A stretch of DNA of 64,000 nucleotides, from NCBI RefSeq assembly GCF_009914755.1, contig NC_060926.1, one strand, 5' to 3'. The DNA is from the human T2T-CHM13v2.0 reference genome, Homo sapiens. Both the position numbers and the translations under genes were made by a program. The notes below the pieces were generated by a model, which saw nothing but the letters and a program-made list of their open reading frames with translations, had not been told where the DNA came from and did not search any database. Numbering within the stretch: position 1 is the first letter of the stretch; each line of letters opens with the position of its first letter. This document shows, one piece after another, positions 35,592 to 52,321 of the stretch.

Positions 35592-36257
35592 CGTTGACAA
35601 AAAGAGTCGAACTCTGTAAAATATTTTGAAGAGATTTATTCTGAGACAAATATGAGTGATCATGGCCCATGACACAGTCCTCAGCAGGTCCTGAGAATTT
35701 GTGCCCAAGGTGGTCAGGGCGCAACTTGATTTTATACATTTTAGGGAGGCATGAGACATCAATCAAACACATTTAAGAAATACATTGGTTTGGTCCAGAA
35801 AGACCTGGGACTGATAGAAAGGGAATGTTCAGTTTAAGATAAAGATTGTGGAGACCAAAGTTCTCTGTAAGTCTTACAGTGGCTGCCCTTAGAGACAATG
35901 GATGACAAATGTTTCCTATTCAGATCTTAGTTAATCTCTTTAGGATTGGGAGGGTCTGGAAGAAAAAGATCTAGCTATGTTAATACAGATTCTTTACAGA
36001 TGCATATCCCACCCCTCCAAGGACAGCTTTGCAGGGCCATTTCAAGATATGGCAAAGAAACATGTTTTGGGGTAAAATATTTTGATTTTCTTCCTTGTCT
36101 TGTAATGTTATGCCAGAGTCAGGTTGGAAAGTAAGTCACCATATATAGGGTTAAGTAAAACCCATCTAATAAGAATTTATGATTTGTAGGGCATGACTCC
36201 CCAAATCCTGTAGATAGGAATCTTGGGCAAGATAAAAAAATCAGAGTTTAGTCCTCC
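35592..36257 (-). mobile_element. MER4A-like ERV1 LTR
   Basis: aaaagagtcgaactctgtaaaatattttgaagagatttattctgag...gggcaagataaaaaaatcagagtttagtcctc. Confidence 0.8.
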
Positions 36258-36929
36258 GACCTCTGCCAATTTCTCAAGATATCTTTTGCTAGTCTAAAAG
36301 CTAATAACAAAAAGAACAACAGGATGAGCATTTTATACAAGTAAATGTATTCCATTTAAAAGATTTTTCTTTATTGTGAAATTCTGCCATTCTACCTTTT
36401 TAATGCTAAAAAGTTCTGTTTCGTGAAATGATGGTGATAGTAGACGGCATTTATTTGCTTGACAACTTTGTATGATCTCAGATTTTCTGTGTGTTTTACT
36501 TTTACTGACCCTTCAAATCTAAGTGTGTGTAAACCCTTTTAAAGTGCGTTACTACATCATTTAGTATGTGTTTCGTAGAAAGCAACCTGGGAGTTAACTG
36601 CCAGGAGCACGCAAGTTTCAGAAAGCAAGACATACTCATCTCTATTCAACAATTAATCAGTTCTGATTGGGTTTCAAGTAAGGCTTAGTACCAACGCTTA
36701 GGGAGGGGCGTGCAAAAACGAGAAAGGTAGTGTTTGACCTTACCGGTTTAAGGTTTATCCTGTGCATTATACAGTTAAGAAACAACGCAGGAGAGTGCCA
36801 GGGAACCGAGAGGGGCTTGACAGTTGCTGCAGGAGAGTCTTGACTTGGAACCAGACGAACGTGGAAAGTTAGAGGAGGGGAAAACCCCTACTAGGATAAG
36901 GCAGACAGGAATCAAGGCTTGGAGCGCAT

Positions 36930-37750
<821 letters not shown>

Positions 37751-38099
37751 GCTGCTGAGCTAAGTAAGGGTCGGTGCCTAGGTCTGTGTTGGGTCCAGTC
37801 CTACCCTGCCCTGCTGTCTAGGGAGGAGGAGGGCCGCGCCAGAGAAGAATGATGGGAATTGGATTCCTGCAGGTGCCTGGAAGACAATGGAGAAAGTCAC
37901 GTTGTGTAGAGGACAGTGACTTTTTGAAAGTGCCTTCAATATGCGCAATTTCTGGCTTCTTAATTTTCCCGAATCCCCCTCTATGGAAAGATGCAGGCCA
38001 GAACTTGTACGTTTCGTTTAATCCAGGGAGAAGTGGGGAGTCAACAGCTGGATGGCTGATGATGCCAGTTTACTGACATGCGATCTCAGAGCAGGAAAA

Positions 38100-38466
38100 A
38101 GATTTGAGAGGGAAGAAACGAGTTTAGTATGGGATTATGTTTTTAGGCATCTGGGATTTCCAGTAGGTCTACGGATAGTCAAGTGTATAGCTCAGGAGGA
38201 GAACTGATTTCGAAATGCCCTGTTACCTTGTAAATGGTAACTGAGGCCTTGTAAACAAATTAAATTACCTAGGGAGAGTGTACTGAGGAGTAGGCAGAGG
38301 GACAGGGCCCTGAAGGACAAATAAGAAATAAGAGGCCTCAAGAGATTGAGAATGAGGGACCAAAGAAGCAGGAGAGAAACCAGCCAGTGTGGTGTCATGG
38401 AAAACAGGTGAATGTTTCAAGGAGGGAGAGTGATAACAAGTACCAATTATTGCAGGAAAGTCAAAT
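38100..38466 (-). mobile_element. L2 RT-region fragment
   Basis: Minus-strand peptides LQGPVP..YTL and TLSLGNLICLQGLSYHL resemble the L2 RT motif PQGSVLGP..YT.SLGDLI..HGF.YHLYADD. Confidence 0.7.
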
Positions 38467-41304
38467 ACCATACTTTAAAAACTATATTTAAAAAAAAAAA
38501 CATCTTTTTGTATGTTCTTTCCTTTATATTTTAATCTAGATCAACCAGTCCATTCTATCTATTCATGTGGACATTTGTTTTTTTTTTTTTTCTTACTGGA
38601 AAATGTGCTAGAAATTTTTATTTTTTCATGCATCTCTTTGAGTATATCTTTGCTACATACGCATGATTATGAGAGGGACTATATCATACAGAGTATTTTT
38701 ATTGTTGACATTTAATGTATGTATTGGGGGATGGCTAACTTTCTGTCCCTCCTGGTATCTATTCTTCTATGTTTTTTCCATGTTCTTATAATCATGCATA
38801 AACATACATGCACAGGTGTACTTTACAAAAAATGGTACCATATTTGATTGCATTTTACTTTCTGCTTTTCTCTTGTACATATGCAGTATATTGTAAAGTA
38901 GAAATCCTTCAGGGTCCCCTATTATGTTTTTAAAAGCATTTTTAACTGCTGCATACTATTCCATGATAAGAATATATCAAAGTTAATGTAACAATTGATG
39001 GACATTTGCTTTGTTTCTACTTTCTTTGCACTAATAAAGTTTCAGTAAACATCTGGTCTAGTTCTTAAGTACTGGTTTAGTAAAATGGATGAAGAATGAT
39101 TTCTCCTGTTACTTTAATTTTCATCTCCTTGACCATTCTTGAAACAACCTCTTTCCCCCATATGGCAAATGTTTACTGAGCACTTTACCTGAGCCAGGCA
39201 CTGTGAAGTAAACAATTTAAAGTCAAACAATTACAAGATAGTATCCACCCTTAGCACTCTTAAGGGATGGTCCTGAAATGGCTGAATCCCCAGATTCCTG
39301 AATACTACTACAGCATATATTTTACCACATTAAGTACAGCTCAGATATAACTGAAACACTTAGCTGACCCCCCTTTAGATTCTTATGATTGCATACATAT
39401 ACCTAAAGACATTGATAAAGCTTTTTTTTTTATCGTGGTGCAGAGCTTATCTGTCTTAAACATTAACATTTTTTCACTTCTGCCTCCAACATTAATAGAT
39501 AGATTTCTCTTGGTAGCCCATGTTTTATAAAATAATAAAAATTTTAATCACTTAATGAGTGACAAAACACTATACCTGGTCTTTTGTTTGTTCCACTTTT
39601 AATTTCCTTAATTACAAAATCTCTTCAGAGGTTACAGAAAACTTGAAGGGTGTGGGAGAATAGAATAATAATAAAGTGCATTTCATGCAGAGTATTTTTG
39701 CATTTTGTTTATATATGTAAATGTATACTAGGTGGTGATATAAACAGTAAATATTACAATGGGTCACAGTTTAACAAGTTTGAGAAACACTGTTACAATA
39801 AGGAAAAAGAAGCGAGTTTTGTTAAGCTATTCCTAGGTTCTCAGTTGAGACCTTCACTAGCAGACTACCTCTTGCATAGCAATCTTGTGGTATGCATGTT
39901 TTGTATTAATGCCTCAATACAATTGCAAATGTCTGAGTGTCCCAAATTTGGGGCAGAAGAGGCAGTCTTATGAATGGCCAAACTTTTCAGATTGTATATC
40001 CATGAATATCAGGGATCTATGGTGTACTGTGATATTTACAGAGGTAAATACAGAAGAGCACAGAAGTAATATGCCTGAGTCAGACTAGAGTTGTTGACCA
40101 GGTAGAGGATTGTCATGGGCAGCTTCCCAGAGGAGGCAAAGGAAAATAGCGTCTTTAGCAGCAAATAGGAGTTATATGAAAACAGAAAGCTATTCTATTC
40201 AAGGAAGATATAATAGGTGCATAAGGGTATAGAGATGTACTGAGTAATAGTGGGCTTTGTCAGCAACAATTGGTTATAGCATAGGGTTTTGGTGAGAGAA
40301 TGGTGCAGAGACAGGTCTGGAAAGTTTGGCAGGAATCAGTATGATCTGTTTTGCTATGCTAAGGTAGCTGAATTTTTTACCTCTCACAAATGAAAATAGT
40401 GTTAGCATTATTATGAGCAGTTGACAGTTTCCTTCCATGCTGTACTACAAAGGTTACCCATGAATTCATAAATCCTCTATCAATATAGCTAATATAGGAA
40501 TGCTAATTTGGTTTTCTATAATATTTGTGATTTTTATAATAAGGAAAAACAAAAGACCAATTGCTATTTTGAAAAATATTTCTACAAAACACTAATAGGG
40601 TGTTTTCTTAATTATTCTCTACTACTGAACACTTTCCTAGTGCTTAAATATTCAGTTTTTGCCAAGCCAAGATGCCTTTGTTGATTTAGACCATCTGCCA
40701 GAGAAGTGATCAATGACATTAAATGGCTTGGCCCTTTATATTTTGGTTTCCACTGTAAACACATTCCTGTCTCTGTCTAAAGTATCTGTTTTTTTTTTTT
40801 TAATCTCTCATGCTTCTGGAGGTTATAATATCCTGTATTTATCACAGCATTCTATTGATCTGCTTTAGTAGGATCTTAATACATTTTTTTTGACAAATGG
40901 CTAAAAAACGCTTTGAAAAACAAATTGTATAATTGACTTGAATTTGTATCAGATGCTCTGTACAGCTCTGTAAATTAGTTATGCCCTACCCCGATAATTT
41001 TTGAATATATTTATTTTTAATCCCAGTTTATTAGCAACAGAAAAGCCCTTTGGTAGGATAAACTGTTCCCTTTGAGATCTAATCCTGTCCTTGTAAGGAT
41101 AGAATTGAGTGTGTTCCTCATTGCTGTAATTAGGAAAAATACCTCTACATTAAAATTTACAGTCTTTATTTGGCAATTTATATGTTTCTTATATAATAAG
41201 AGCTTGATAATAAATGCTACTATCATTCTCACCTCTCTTTTCCTTGTAAAACAAGATAACTAAACTTTCTTGTACAATGCTTCATTGTAATTAGGATGAT
41301 GAAC

Positions 41305-41752
41305 GTATCAGTTATTTATTGCTACATAACAAATTATCCTAAAACCTAGCAGCTTAAACAACAGACATTTGTTATCTACAGTTTCTGTGGGTCAGGGTTC
41401 TCCAGGCACACTTTGTTGGGTCCTCTTGCTCAGGGTCTCTGGTAAGGCAAGAGTCCAGGTATTGGCCGGGGCTGCAGTCATCTCAAGGCTCCACTGTGGG
41501 TGGGGAGAGTCTGCTTCTAGGCTCACTCAGTGTTGTAGTTAGCAGGATTTAGATTCTTGCAGGCTGTCGGGCTGAAGGCCCCAGGTCCTTGCTGGCTGTT
41601 GGCCAGAGCCCTCCCTCAGCTCCTGCCACATGGGCCTCTAGGGCAACTCAGCACATCTGGCTTCCCTCAGGCTGATGAAGAAAAGGTAAGCAAGAGAGAA
41701 GAACAGCAGGTGGCAGATTCACTGGGAGCCATCTTGGAAGCTGCCTACAACA
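41305..41752 (-). mobile_element. MLT1E/F-like MaLR LTR
   Basis: tcagttatttattgctacataacaaattatcctaaaacctagcagcttaaacaac...gccatcttggaagctgcctacaaca. Confidence 0.78.
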
Positions 41753-42089
41753 GTGGAAGACCCACATATACTTATTTTCTTGTTATCTAAGTGTCTCTCT
41801 CATGTATTTAGGTCTTTCTTCTATGGTTCTTATGTGTGGGCATATATGGGTACCTATGTGTGTGCACATGTGGGTACATCTGAACACCTGCTGTATCATT
41901 CTTTTTGTCAGATAGGATTATTAGCTTAAACAAAACTGCATCTTTACTATGTTTTGTTTTCTTATCTCATTATAGCAACATTCTCACTTTAACATCACTC
42001 ATTTCTTCTTTACAATTATTTCTGTTAACATTTAATACAGAGCCTGGTCTATAATAATTGCTCAGATTTGTTAAATGAACTTGTAAAGT

Positions 42090-42530
42090 AGTTTATTTTT
42101 AGAATTTTATTCTGCAAAACCAAGCATATAAAAATAGAATAATATAATGAACTCCACAGATCCATCAACCAGCTTCAACAATTATTAATAATTTCCCAGT
42201 CTTGTTTTTATTTCTCCCCTCCCACCCCCCAGAGTCATTTAATGTAAACCCCAGACATTCTGTTATTTTACTTATAGGTACTTGAATATGCATCTCTAAC
42301 ATAAAGGTTTTTTTAAAAAAATAGATTCCTTGCCACCGCCATATCTAACAGAATGAACAGTAATTTCTTATCATCTATTACCTATTTCATGTTCAAATTT
42401 CCCTGAATGTCCCAACAGTAGCTTTTTGTATATAGTTGGTTTATTTTAATTGGGAGTTAAACAGGGTTTATGCGTTTTATTTGATTGGTAAGTATGTTAA
42501 GTGTCTTAATTTATAACAGATTATAGAATT
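42090..42530 (-). mobile_element. L1MC4/5-like 3' fragment
   Basis: atagaataatataatgaactcc...ccagcttcaacaattattaat...atgttcaaatttccc. Confidence 0.65.
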
Positions 42531-42811
42531 AATGTAAATGGTAAATTTTGTTTAAGTAAGTGGATTTCTTATTTGTTTAACATAGTATCCGTTTCCCCTT
42601 CATAGTAGTATCCCAGTTTCCCCAGGAGGAATTAGTTCTTTTTCGCTGGTTATAGTTGAGAAGACCTAGCTATAGTCCCGAATAATCTGGGGCACCTGAC
42701 TCAAAGTAATCCTCAGATGTTCCTCCTCCTGAGATCCTGAGCATAGAGGCAGGACAGTTGGAATACCGTTTTGTCTTAATGGACACATTCTGATTGAACC
42801 TGCATGGATAA

Positions 42812-43492
<681 letters not shown>

Positions 43493-45110
43493 GCAAATTG
43501 TTCTTAACAGTGGCAAAGCAAATTCCCTTCAAGAATTCTTGGTGTTTTTAGCTAAAGATCTGTTTTTTTCACACTCTTAGCCTCACCTTATTTAATGGAT
43601 TGTACCAATGAATAATGGACTCCTTTGAATGTAAATATTTTTGTGTGAATTCATTGCTGGAATAATTCTGGACTTTTAATAAACATATTCAATATCCTGC
43701 TACTGATGCTGTGATAACTTTGTAAATTTAATATTATAAATTTCCAGAATGCCATACTCTTAAGCAATGTGTAGAAATGTCTTTGAAAAAGATCCTAAGG
43801 ACTTTTTATGAAAAATAGCAAATTAGGGCCATTTTTTTAAAGCCCTTTCTAAATGGACAACAATGAAAATGTTTATAAATATGTTTAAACCTCAATTATG
43901 TTAAAAGTAGGAAAGCCACCACCTTATGTCACAAACTCTGGAGACTATAGGCAGACACAATTTTAAATCAAGTGAAAAACCAAGTCTTCAATAATCGAGA
44001 CTCTTTTGCTTGAGAAGATGCTAAAATGTTGTAGGAGCAAAAGGAACAGTGTGGAAGAGACAGCTGAAGAAAATACAAAGGGATATTTACCTAACAAAAT
44101 GGAAGAATTATTTTACCACAGCTACTTAACACTGTCAAGGACATTTAAAAATCAGTTGAGTGAGGAGGAGCTCTATGAGATGGGATAAGACAAGAAGATA
44201 TGATTAAAGGAAACTGTTGAGGTAAGAATTTTGAGGATAGACCAATGATATAAAAAGCTAAAAATTCATAGTGGCTGCAGTAAGCAGAATTGACACTGTA
44301 GAAAGAGGGAAAAAAACATGGAGTAAAGATTTCAAAATCATACAGAATGCAGAAAAGGGATAAGAAATAAGACTAAGAGAAGCTGATCTAAACTATGGAG
44401 AACAGAAGAACAGATAATTGCTGTGGCTGAAAAAGAGCTGAATAAGTCAGTAAGAATTCATTGGATATTTATTTTTGAAGTTGATAGTACATTTAAACAT
44501 TTTATTCAGAGACACATGTATTGTCACTGGTAAAATGAGAGCAAGCTGTATATGGTCCAAATTGCCAGCTCAAAAGCCAAAAAAAAAAGAAAACCCAATT
44601 CTTTTTTTTTTTTCATATAGCAAAAGAAAGAAAATAGGAAGGAAGCATTAAAAAATGTAAAGATTAAATAAGATGAATGACAAGACCGAATAGCTGTTAA
44701 ACCCCATGTAACTTGGGTATTCTCATCTACTAAAATCTCAGATTGGGTTAAAAAAACAAAACCTAAAAAAAATAGTCTAAAACTTAAATGAAAAAGATGG
44801 GCAGTGATATTCCAGGGAAATGTAAATAGGAGGTTGAAAGGGTTGCAATATTATGACCCAACAGAATTGAAGAAAAAAAATATTACATAGGAGTAGAAAA
44901 CTTTGTAATGCTGAACGGTACAATCTACCCTAAGATGTAACTCTCTGGAACTAAATAGCACATTGAATATACCGATGAAACATACAAAAGAAACCAACCA
45001 TAGGGAAATAAAATTGACAAAAGATTACAGACATTGTATGGATATAGATTCCTGTCTGGAATTATTCTCCTGGCTCACTAGTAATGAGAATTACCTCTAA
45101 GTATGAATGA

Positions 45111-45425
<315 letters not shown>

Positions 45426-47141
45426 ATCTCTAATTTCTTTCTGACAGTTTTTCTGTCTATACTTTACAACCACTGCATCACAGTTCTTTGAATATGAGGT
45501 GTTCAGTCTGTTAAACCTACCGCCTTTTGCTCTCAGCAGACAGACCATCTTCTATTTCATAGAGAAAATAGAGGGTGTAAGACATAAGTAACCTTGCCTT
45601 TCTGCCTACCTTCCCTCACCTACAAACAATTTGTTTCATTACTAGTAGAAGACATGTTTTTTGTCCTAACGCTAATGCTTGCCATTTTTTCTCCTTCTCT
45701 TTTAAGTGTCAACATCATGTCTCAGGTGATTAACAGACCTGTATCTGAAGCTCAGGTCTGTCCATGCTCACACCCACAAAGCCACCTGCCTCCTGGACAT
45801 CTGTCTTCCTGGGATGTCCATCAACATCTCACACACATTCTCAAATTTGAACGCATCACTTTCCTCCCTGATCTTGCTCCTCCTCTGGAATCCCTTCAGT
45901 GAAAGGAGCCATACGCTCCAGGAGGCACATTTCCTGAGGGCTGTGGTTGGTGATTGGCAGGGAGTGTGGTTGTAGTGACCTAAAAGAAAGTCTTTGTGGG
46001 TTCACCTGTATTAGGGTTGTTTTAGCTGTGAACAAAAACATTTTGTCATGTTATCTATAAAAACCAGCAGTGTAATCATCCTTTTGGCAATGGAACATTT
46101 GGGAGAATTATCTACTATATGATTGCTACTTTTTGGCCCCCAAATCACACCTTTGCTATGATTCTTGGGGTAGAAAGATAATTTCTCTTCACTTTGAATA
46201 TGTGAAGCAACATTCTCCATTGCCCAAAGAAGACGTAGACTCATAAAGAACAAATTTTAAAATCCCCTGGAAAACAGTAAAAACGTTAAGATGGGAACCA
46301 CTATGGTAGGGAGTTGGTGCTGGTGGCGCTGGGCTGTGGCAAGGGGAGCAGGGGTGTACAGACAGGCTGTGTCTATAAAAGAGCGGACCATGCATTAGCC
46401 AGTTGTGGTCATGCTTTTACTCATTGACAGCAATACTGTATCTTCACAAAGCATTGTGAGAAACGATAATGATTGGTTAGTAATATATTTTAGAAGGATG
46501 TGATCTCCTAAGTAAAAATAAACTCAAGTTTCAGAGAATTTTAAATTGCCCTTTTCTTACTCATTAAAAAGTAAGAAGAAACTCTATTTTTACTATCTTA
46601 ATTTGGAAGAGTTTAAAAACATATATTTTTTTCATTAATTGGGTATTGTTACATTTCTCCTGTATTTTTTCTTATATTTTCTTGTGTAACTTTAGTGACA
46701 AATTACTGTAGAGGCATCTGAATTTAGGACTCTTGGAAGGGAAGGGGATGGAGGTAGGAGGGATGGTGCCAGTGAATGATGTCTGTCTGAGAGAGATTTA
46801 TGTTTATGAAAAAGGAAGTGAGTGGATTCCTAAGATTGTGGTTTTAAGGCCTGAATATTGCTTTAAGAGTGTTTAGAATTGTTGGGGCCAGGATGAAGGT
46901 TGAGAACTACAGGTTTGAGATCTTAAGAAAAGCCAGGACCAGAAAGATCTGTTCTAGTTATTTCCAGCTACGGGATGCAGCTGAATGTCATTTGAAAACA
47001 TTTTTCTCGTTTTTTAGCATCTTTGACTGAAGGCGAAATCTTCATGCCTTGGAGGGAAATTCCTAGTGCCACAGCATAAAAGGACCAGCAGCAGCAAGTG
47101 TGATATAATTACTGATGCCTTTAAAAGATATGCGAGCCCTT

Positions 47142-47786
47142 TGGGTATATACCCAGTAATGGGATGGCTGGGTCAAATAGTATTTCTAGTTCTAGATCAC
47201 TGAGGAATCGCCACACTGACTTCCACAATGGTTGAACTAGTTTACGGTCCCACCAACAGTGTAAAAGTGTTCCTATTTCTCCACATCCTCTCCATAAAGA
47301 CACATGCACACGTATGTTTATTGCGGCACTATTCACAATAGCAAAGACTTGGAACCAACCCAAATGTCCAACAATGATAGACTGGATTAAGAAAATGTGG
47401 CACATATACACCATGGAATACTATGCAGCCATAAAAAAATGATGAGTTCATGTCCTTTGCAGGGACATGGATGAAATTGGAAATCATCATTCTCAGTAAA
47501 CTATTGCAAGGACAAAAAACCAAACACCACATGTTCTCACTCATAGGTAGGAATTGAACAATGAGAACACATGGACACAGGAAGGGGAACATCACACTCT
47601 GGGGACTGTTGTGGGATGGGGGGAGGGGAGAGGGATAGCGTTAGGAGATATACCTAATGCTAAATGACGAGTTAATGGGTGCAGCACACCAGCATGGCAC
47701 ATGTATACATATGTAACTAACCTGCACATTGTGCACATGTACCCTAAAACTTAAAGTATAATAATAATTTTAAAAAAAAGAAAAAT
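47142..47786 (+). mobile_element. L1PA3-like, 5'-truncated and 5'-inverted (twin priming)
   Basis: Inverted piece 47142-47294, sense piece 47294-47786; 3'UTR taggagatatacctaatgctaaatgacgagttaatggg; TSD aaaagatatgcgagccctt at 47123-47141 and 47787-47805; TT/AAAA endonuclease site. Confidence 0.93.
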
Positions 47787-48429
47787 AAAAGATATGCGAG
47801 CCCTTATTTCTGCAGTTAGCATGTTGAGCCAAATTAATAAATCTTCTCAATGTTCAGTCAAGCAATTTTTTCTTTTTATCACTTTAATATAAGGACCATG
47901 GAATAAAGTCTTAAGCTAAGCCAAAAGATGGTTAAAGATAGGACGTATTTTTACCCACAAATAAGGTGAATACCCACAGTGTAAGGTGCTCTTCCTCAGG
48001 CCATGCCGTTTGCTGTCGTGTTTTCTGCTTGCTGGTTTCTGGTGCGTGTGTATTTGCCTCCTTAAGGGAGTAGCCTTTTGCTCTTTATCCCATGTGCCAA
48101 ATATCAAAACTCACTGACATTGACCAATCATTATCAAAAGTGGATGTTTAAAATAGATCAGGAGGTAGCATATCACTTACAGGTATTTTTGGTTTTAATG
48201 TATTGAAATGCTAGTAGCTTAAACTGCATTGTAAGCAAGGCTTTGAGTAGGGACACATTCTAACAACTTTCTTAGCAGGCTCTTTAAACTTGCTTTTTGG
48301 ACTCCTGTCACTTGAATACCATAATAAAAAAAGACAACTACTTGCATATACTATTTTATTTAAGGACAATGGCCTAGAAGATCACAGTTTAATTTATTTT
48401 CTTTTCTTTCCATCTATATTTTCTGTTAG

Positions 48430-48636
<207 letters not shown>

Positions 48637-49339
48637 TAATTGCTGTAGAGTTTTAGATATTAAAAGCACTTTTCTTCATGAGCCCCTTAGCTCTGTGTTT
48701 TAATCAAGCTGTCAGAATAAGGAAAATGCTGCTATACATTGTAAGTTGGAGCCATGGTTTCAAAGACAAATGTGCAGGATTTACTTAGTTTGGTGAGTTT
48801 TAGGTGTTACCTAGAAATGAGTCTATAAATGCTCATACACTATTGGGAAATGTTTAACCTGTTGTGTAGTCTTAGACTCAGCTTTCTTACAAAATGATAA
48901 AACAGATGGTAATGAAAATAGAGTCAAATTTATATCAAGTCCCATAAGTAAACCTTGGCCCAGTGTTTTTGTCAACTTAAATATATATCTGAGTTTTCAA
49001 AATGGGGGCGTAGTCTAAGTGATTTGAAAATTAGGATCAGAATTCTATTCACTCTTGAATTATTATATTCCTGATAAAAGCAGTAATTGTCGATAATATT
49101 TTTGCTAGACATCCTAGAGTAGCTAGCAAAGGAAGTTGAATTTAACAACTTTGAATCTTGTCCTTATTTTTAAAAAGTAACATCTAATATCCCATGATGT
49201 TTTATATTTAATCGAAGAACATCTTTGTATAGATAATAACATTCTTATACGATTTTAATATTATTTTTAGTCAGTTTATGCACTTTAGTTTAATTTCAAT
49301 CTTTCTGTATACTTTTCCTATTTATAAATGGTACTGTAG

Positions 49340-49694
<355 letters not shown>

Positions 49695-50039
49695 AGAAGG
49701 ATTTCTTATTGCTCTTCTATGTTAGGTGATTTGTAATTAGGGACTTTGTAGCTGCTGTCCTCTTTTTGAATTTTATGGTAATCTGGACAGTATTAGGGGA
49801 TATTTTCCATAAAGAGATGCTATTCTTCAGTTAAGTATAAAATACCATGAGATGTTAGATATTACATTTTAAAAATTAGAACAAGATTCAAAGTTGTTAA
49901 ATTTAAGCTCCTTTGCTAGCTATCCTGGGGCATTTAGCAAAAAAAATTATTGACCATTATTGCTTTTGTCAGGAATGTAATAATTGAAGAGTGCAACAGG
50001 AATAGAATTCAGGTCCTAATTTTCAAATCACCTAGAACA

Positions 50040-52020
50040 TAGACTCTCTAGACTCTAAGTTTGCCTACCCCGGACTTTCATATAAGTAGAGTCATACAGT
50101 ATTTGGTCTTTAGTGACTGGCTTGTTTCACTTAGCACAATGTTTTCATGTTTATCTACATTGTGGCATGTGTCAGTACTTCCTTTTTATTACTGAATAGT
50201 TTTCGATTGTATGGATATACCACATTTTAAGAATTCAGTCATCAGTTGATGGGCATTTGGGTTTCCATTTTTGGTTCTGATGAATAATACTGCTAAGAAT
50301 GTGCATGCTATAAAGTTCTTGTGCAGACATATGTTTTTATTTCTCTTATGTGTATACCTTAGAAACCATTGCTAATCCAAGGTCATGAAAATTCACCCTT
50401 ATATTTTCTTCTTCTAGTTTTGTAGTTTTAGCTCTTACATTTAGGTCTTTGATCCATTTTAACGTAATTTTTGTGTGTGATGTGAGGCAGGGATGTAGCT
50501 TTGTTCTTTTACATATGGACATTCAGTTGTTCCGGCATCATTTGTTGGAAAGACTATTTTTTCCCATTGAATTATTTTATCACTTATATTGAATATCAGT
50601 GTAACTATGAGGGCTTATTTCTGGACCTTATTTTATTCCATTGATCTATACATTTATCCTTATGCCAGTACCACTTTGTCTTGATTACTGTAGCTTTATA
50701 GTAAGTTTTGAAATTGGGAAGTGTAAGTAGTCTTCTTTCCTTCTTGCTTTTAAAGACTATTTTGGTTGTTCTTTGCTCCTCGAATTTTCATATGAAATTT
50801 TAGGATCAGCTTGTCAGTTCCTGCAAGGAGCCACCTAAGATTTTGATAGGGATTGTGCTGAATCTCTAGATAGATTTTGAGAGTATTCCCATCTTAATGT
50901 TAGTTAAGTCTTCTGATCTCTGAACATGGGGTGTCGCTCTATAGATACAGATCCTCTTTAATTTCTCTCAGTGATGTTTTGTAGTTTTCAGAGTCTAAAT
51001 TTGGCACTTTTTTGTTAAATTTATTTCTAAGTATTAATGTCTTAAAAACTTCTATTGTAAATAGAATTGTTTTATTTTATAATATTTTTGGGTTTCTTAT
51101 TGCAAGTGAATACAGTTGATTTTTGTATATTTTTGATTTTGAATCTACATCCTTGCTGAACTTACTAATTCTCATAGTTCTTAGTGGATTCCTTGGGATT
51201 TTCTAAATACAGGATATAGCAAGATAGCCCATATATAGAAGGGTATAGCAGGATATCCCATATATTTACGAATCCCAAAGAATCCACTAAAAACTACAAG
51301 AATTAGTAGGATATTTCACCTGAAAATGGAAATAGTTTTACTTCATTTTTCCTAATTTGGATACCTCTATTTCTTTTTCTTACCTAATTGCCTTGGCTAG
51401 AATGTCTAACAATGTTGAGTAGAAATGGCAAGAGTGGACGTCCCAATTTTGTTCCTGATCTTGGGGGAAAGCATTCAGTCATTCACCATTAAATATGATG
51501 TTAGCTGTGAGTTTTTCATGGATGCTCTATCAGATTCAGTAAGTTTTTTTCCATACCTAGTTTGTTGAACTTTTTTGTTGTTGTGGTTAGTGTTTTTGTC
51601 ACGAAATGGTATTGGATATTGTCAGATGCTCTTCCGTTTTGATGATGATTTGGTTTTTGTCTTTTGTTCTGTTGGTATGCTGTATCACACAAATTGATTT
51701 TTGTATGTTAAACCAACCTTGTGTTCATGAAATAAATCCCACTTCTTTGGTGTGTATACTCTTTTTTTATATGTTTCTGGATTTGGTTTGCTAGCATTTT
51801 CTTGAGGATTTTTATGTCTAATTGATATTGGTCTGTAGTTTTCTTACAATGTTTGTCTGGTTTTGATATTGGTAATACTGGCCTCATCGAATGAGTTAGG
51901 AAGTGTTCTCTCCTCTTCTGTTTTTGGAAGAGTTTGTCAAGAATTTGTATTAATTCCTCTTTAAGAATTTGGTTGAATTCACCAGTGAAGCCATCTGGGC
52001 CTGGGCTTTTCTTTGTGAGT
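50040..52020 (-). mobile_element. L1MB-type ORF2/3'UTR fragment, with an internal deletion near 50362 and a templated insertion near 51.2 kb
   Basis: Antisense L1 motifs such as gactggcttgtttcacttagcacaatgttttc, tatgccagtaccactttgtcttgattactgtagc and aattcaccagtgaagccatctgggcctgg. Confidence 0.85.
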
Positions 52021-52169
52021 TGTTGTTTTTGGGTTTTTTTAACTGCTTACTTTTTAAAATGGTCCTACCTCCTTGTGGTCTGTGTGTCCCAGAGTAACTG
52101 TTCTTAGCAGGAGGATTTCATTACCCAATTGAGTTTACTACTAAGATGTTTTTGAGCAACTCTTAACTA

Positions 52170-52321
52170 CCTTTTTGGTTTGTCTGTTTGTTTGACTGAT
52201 AAAGACAAGGTCTTGCTATTTTGTTGGCAGGCTGGTCTGGAACTCTTGGCATCAGGCCATCCTCTGACCTTGGCCTCCCAAAGTGCTGGGAGATTAAAGG
52301 CATGAGCCACCACGCCCAGCC
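52170..52321 (-). mobile_element. FLAM_C-like Alu monomer
   Basis: agacaaggtcttgctatt...ctcccaaagtgctgggagattaaaggcatgagccaccacgcccagcc. Confidence 0.8.
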
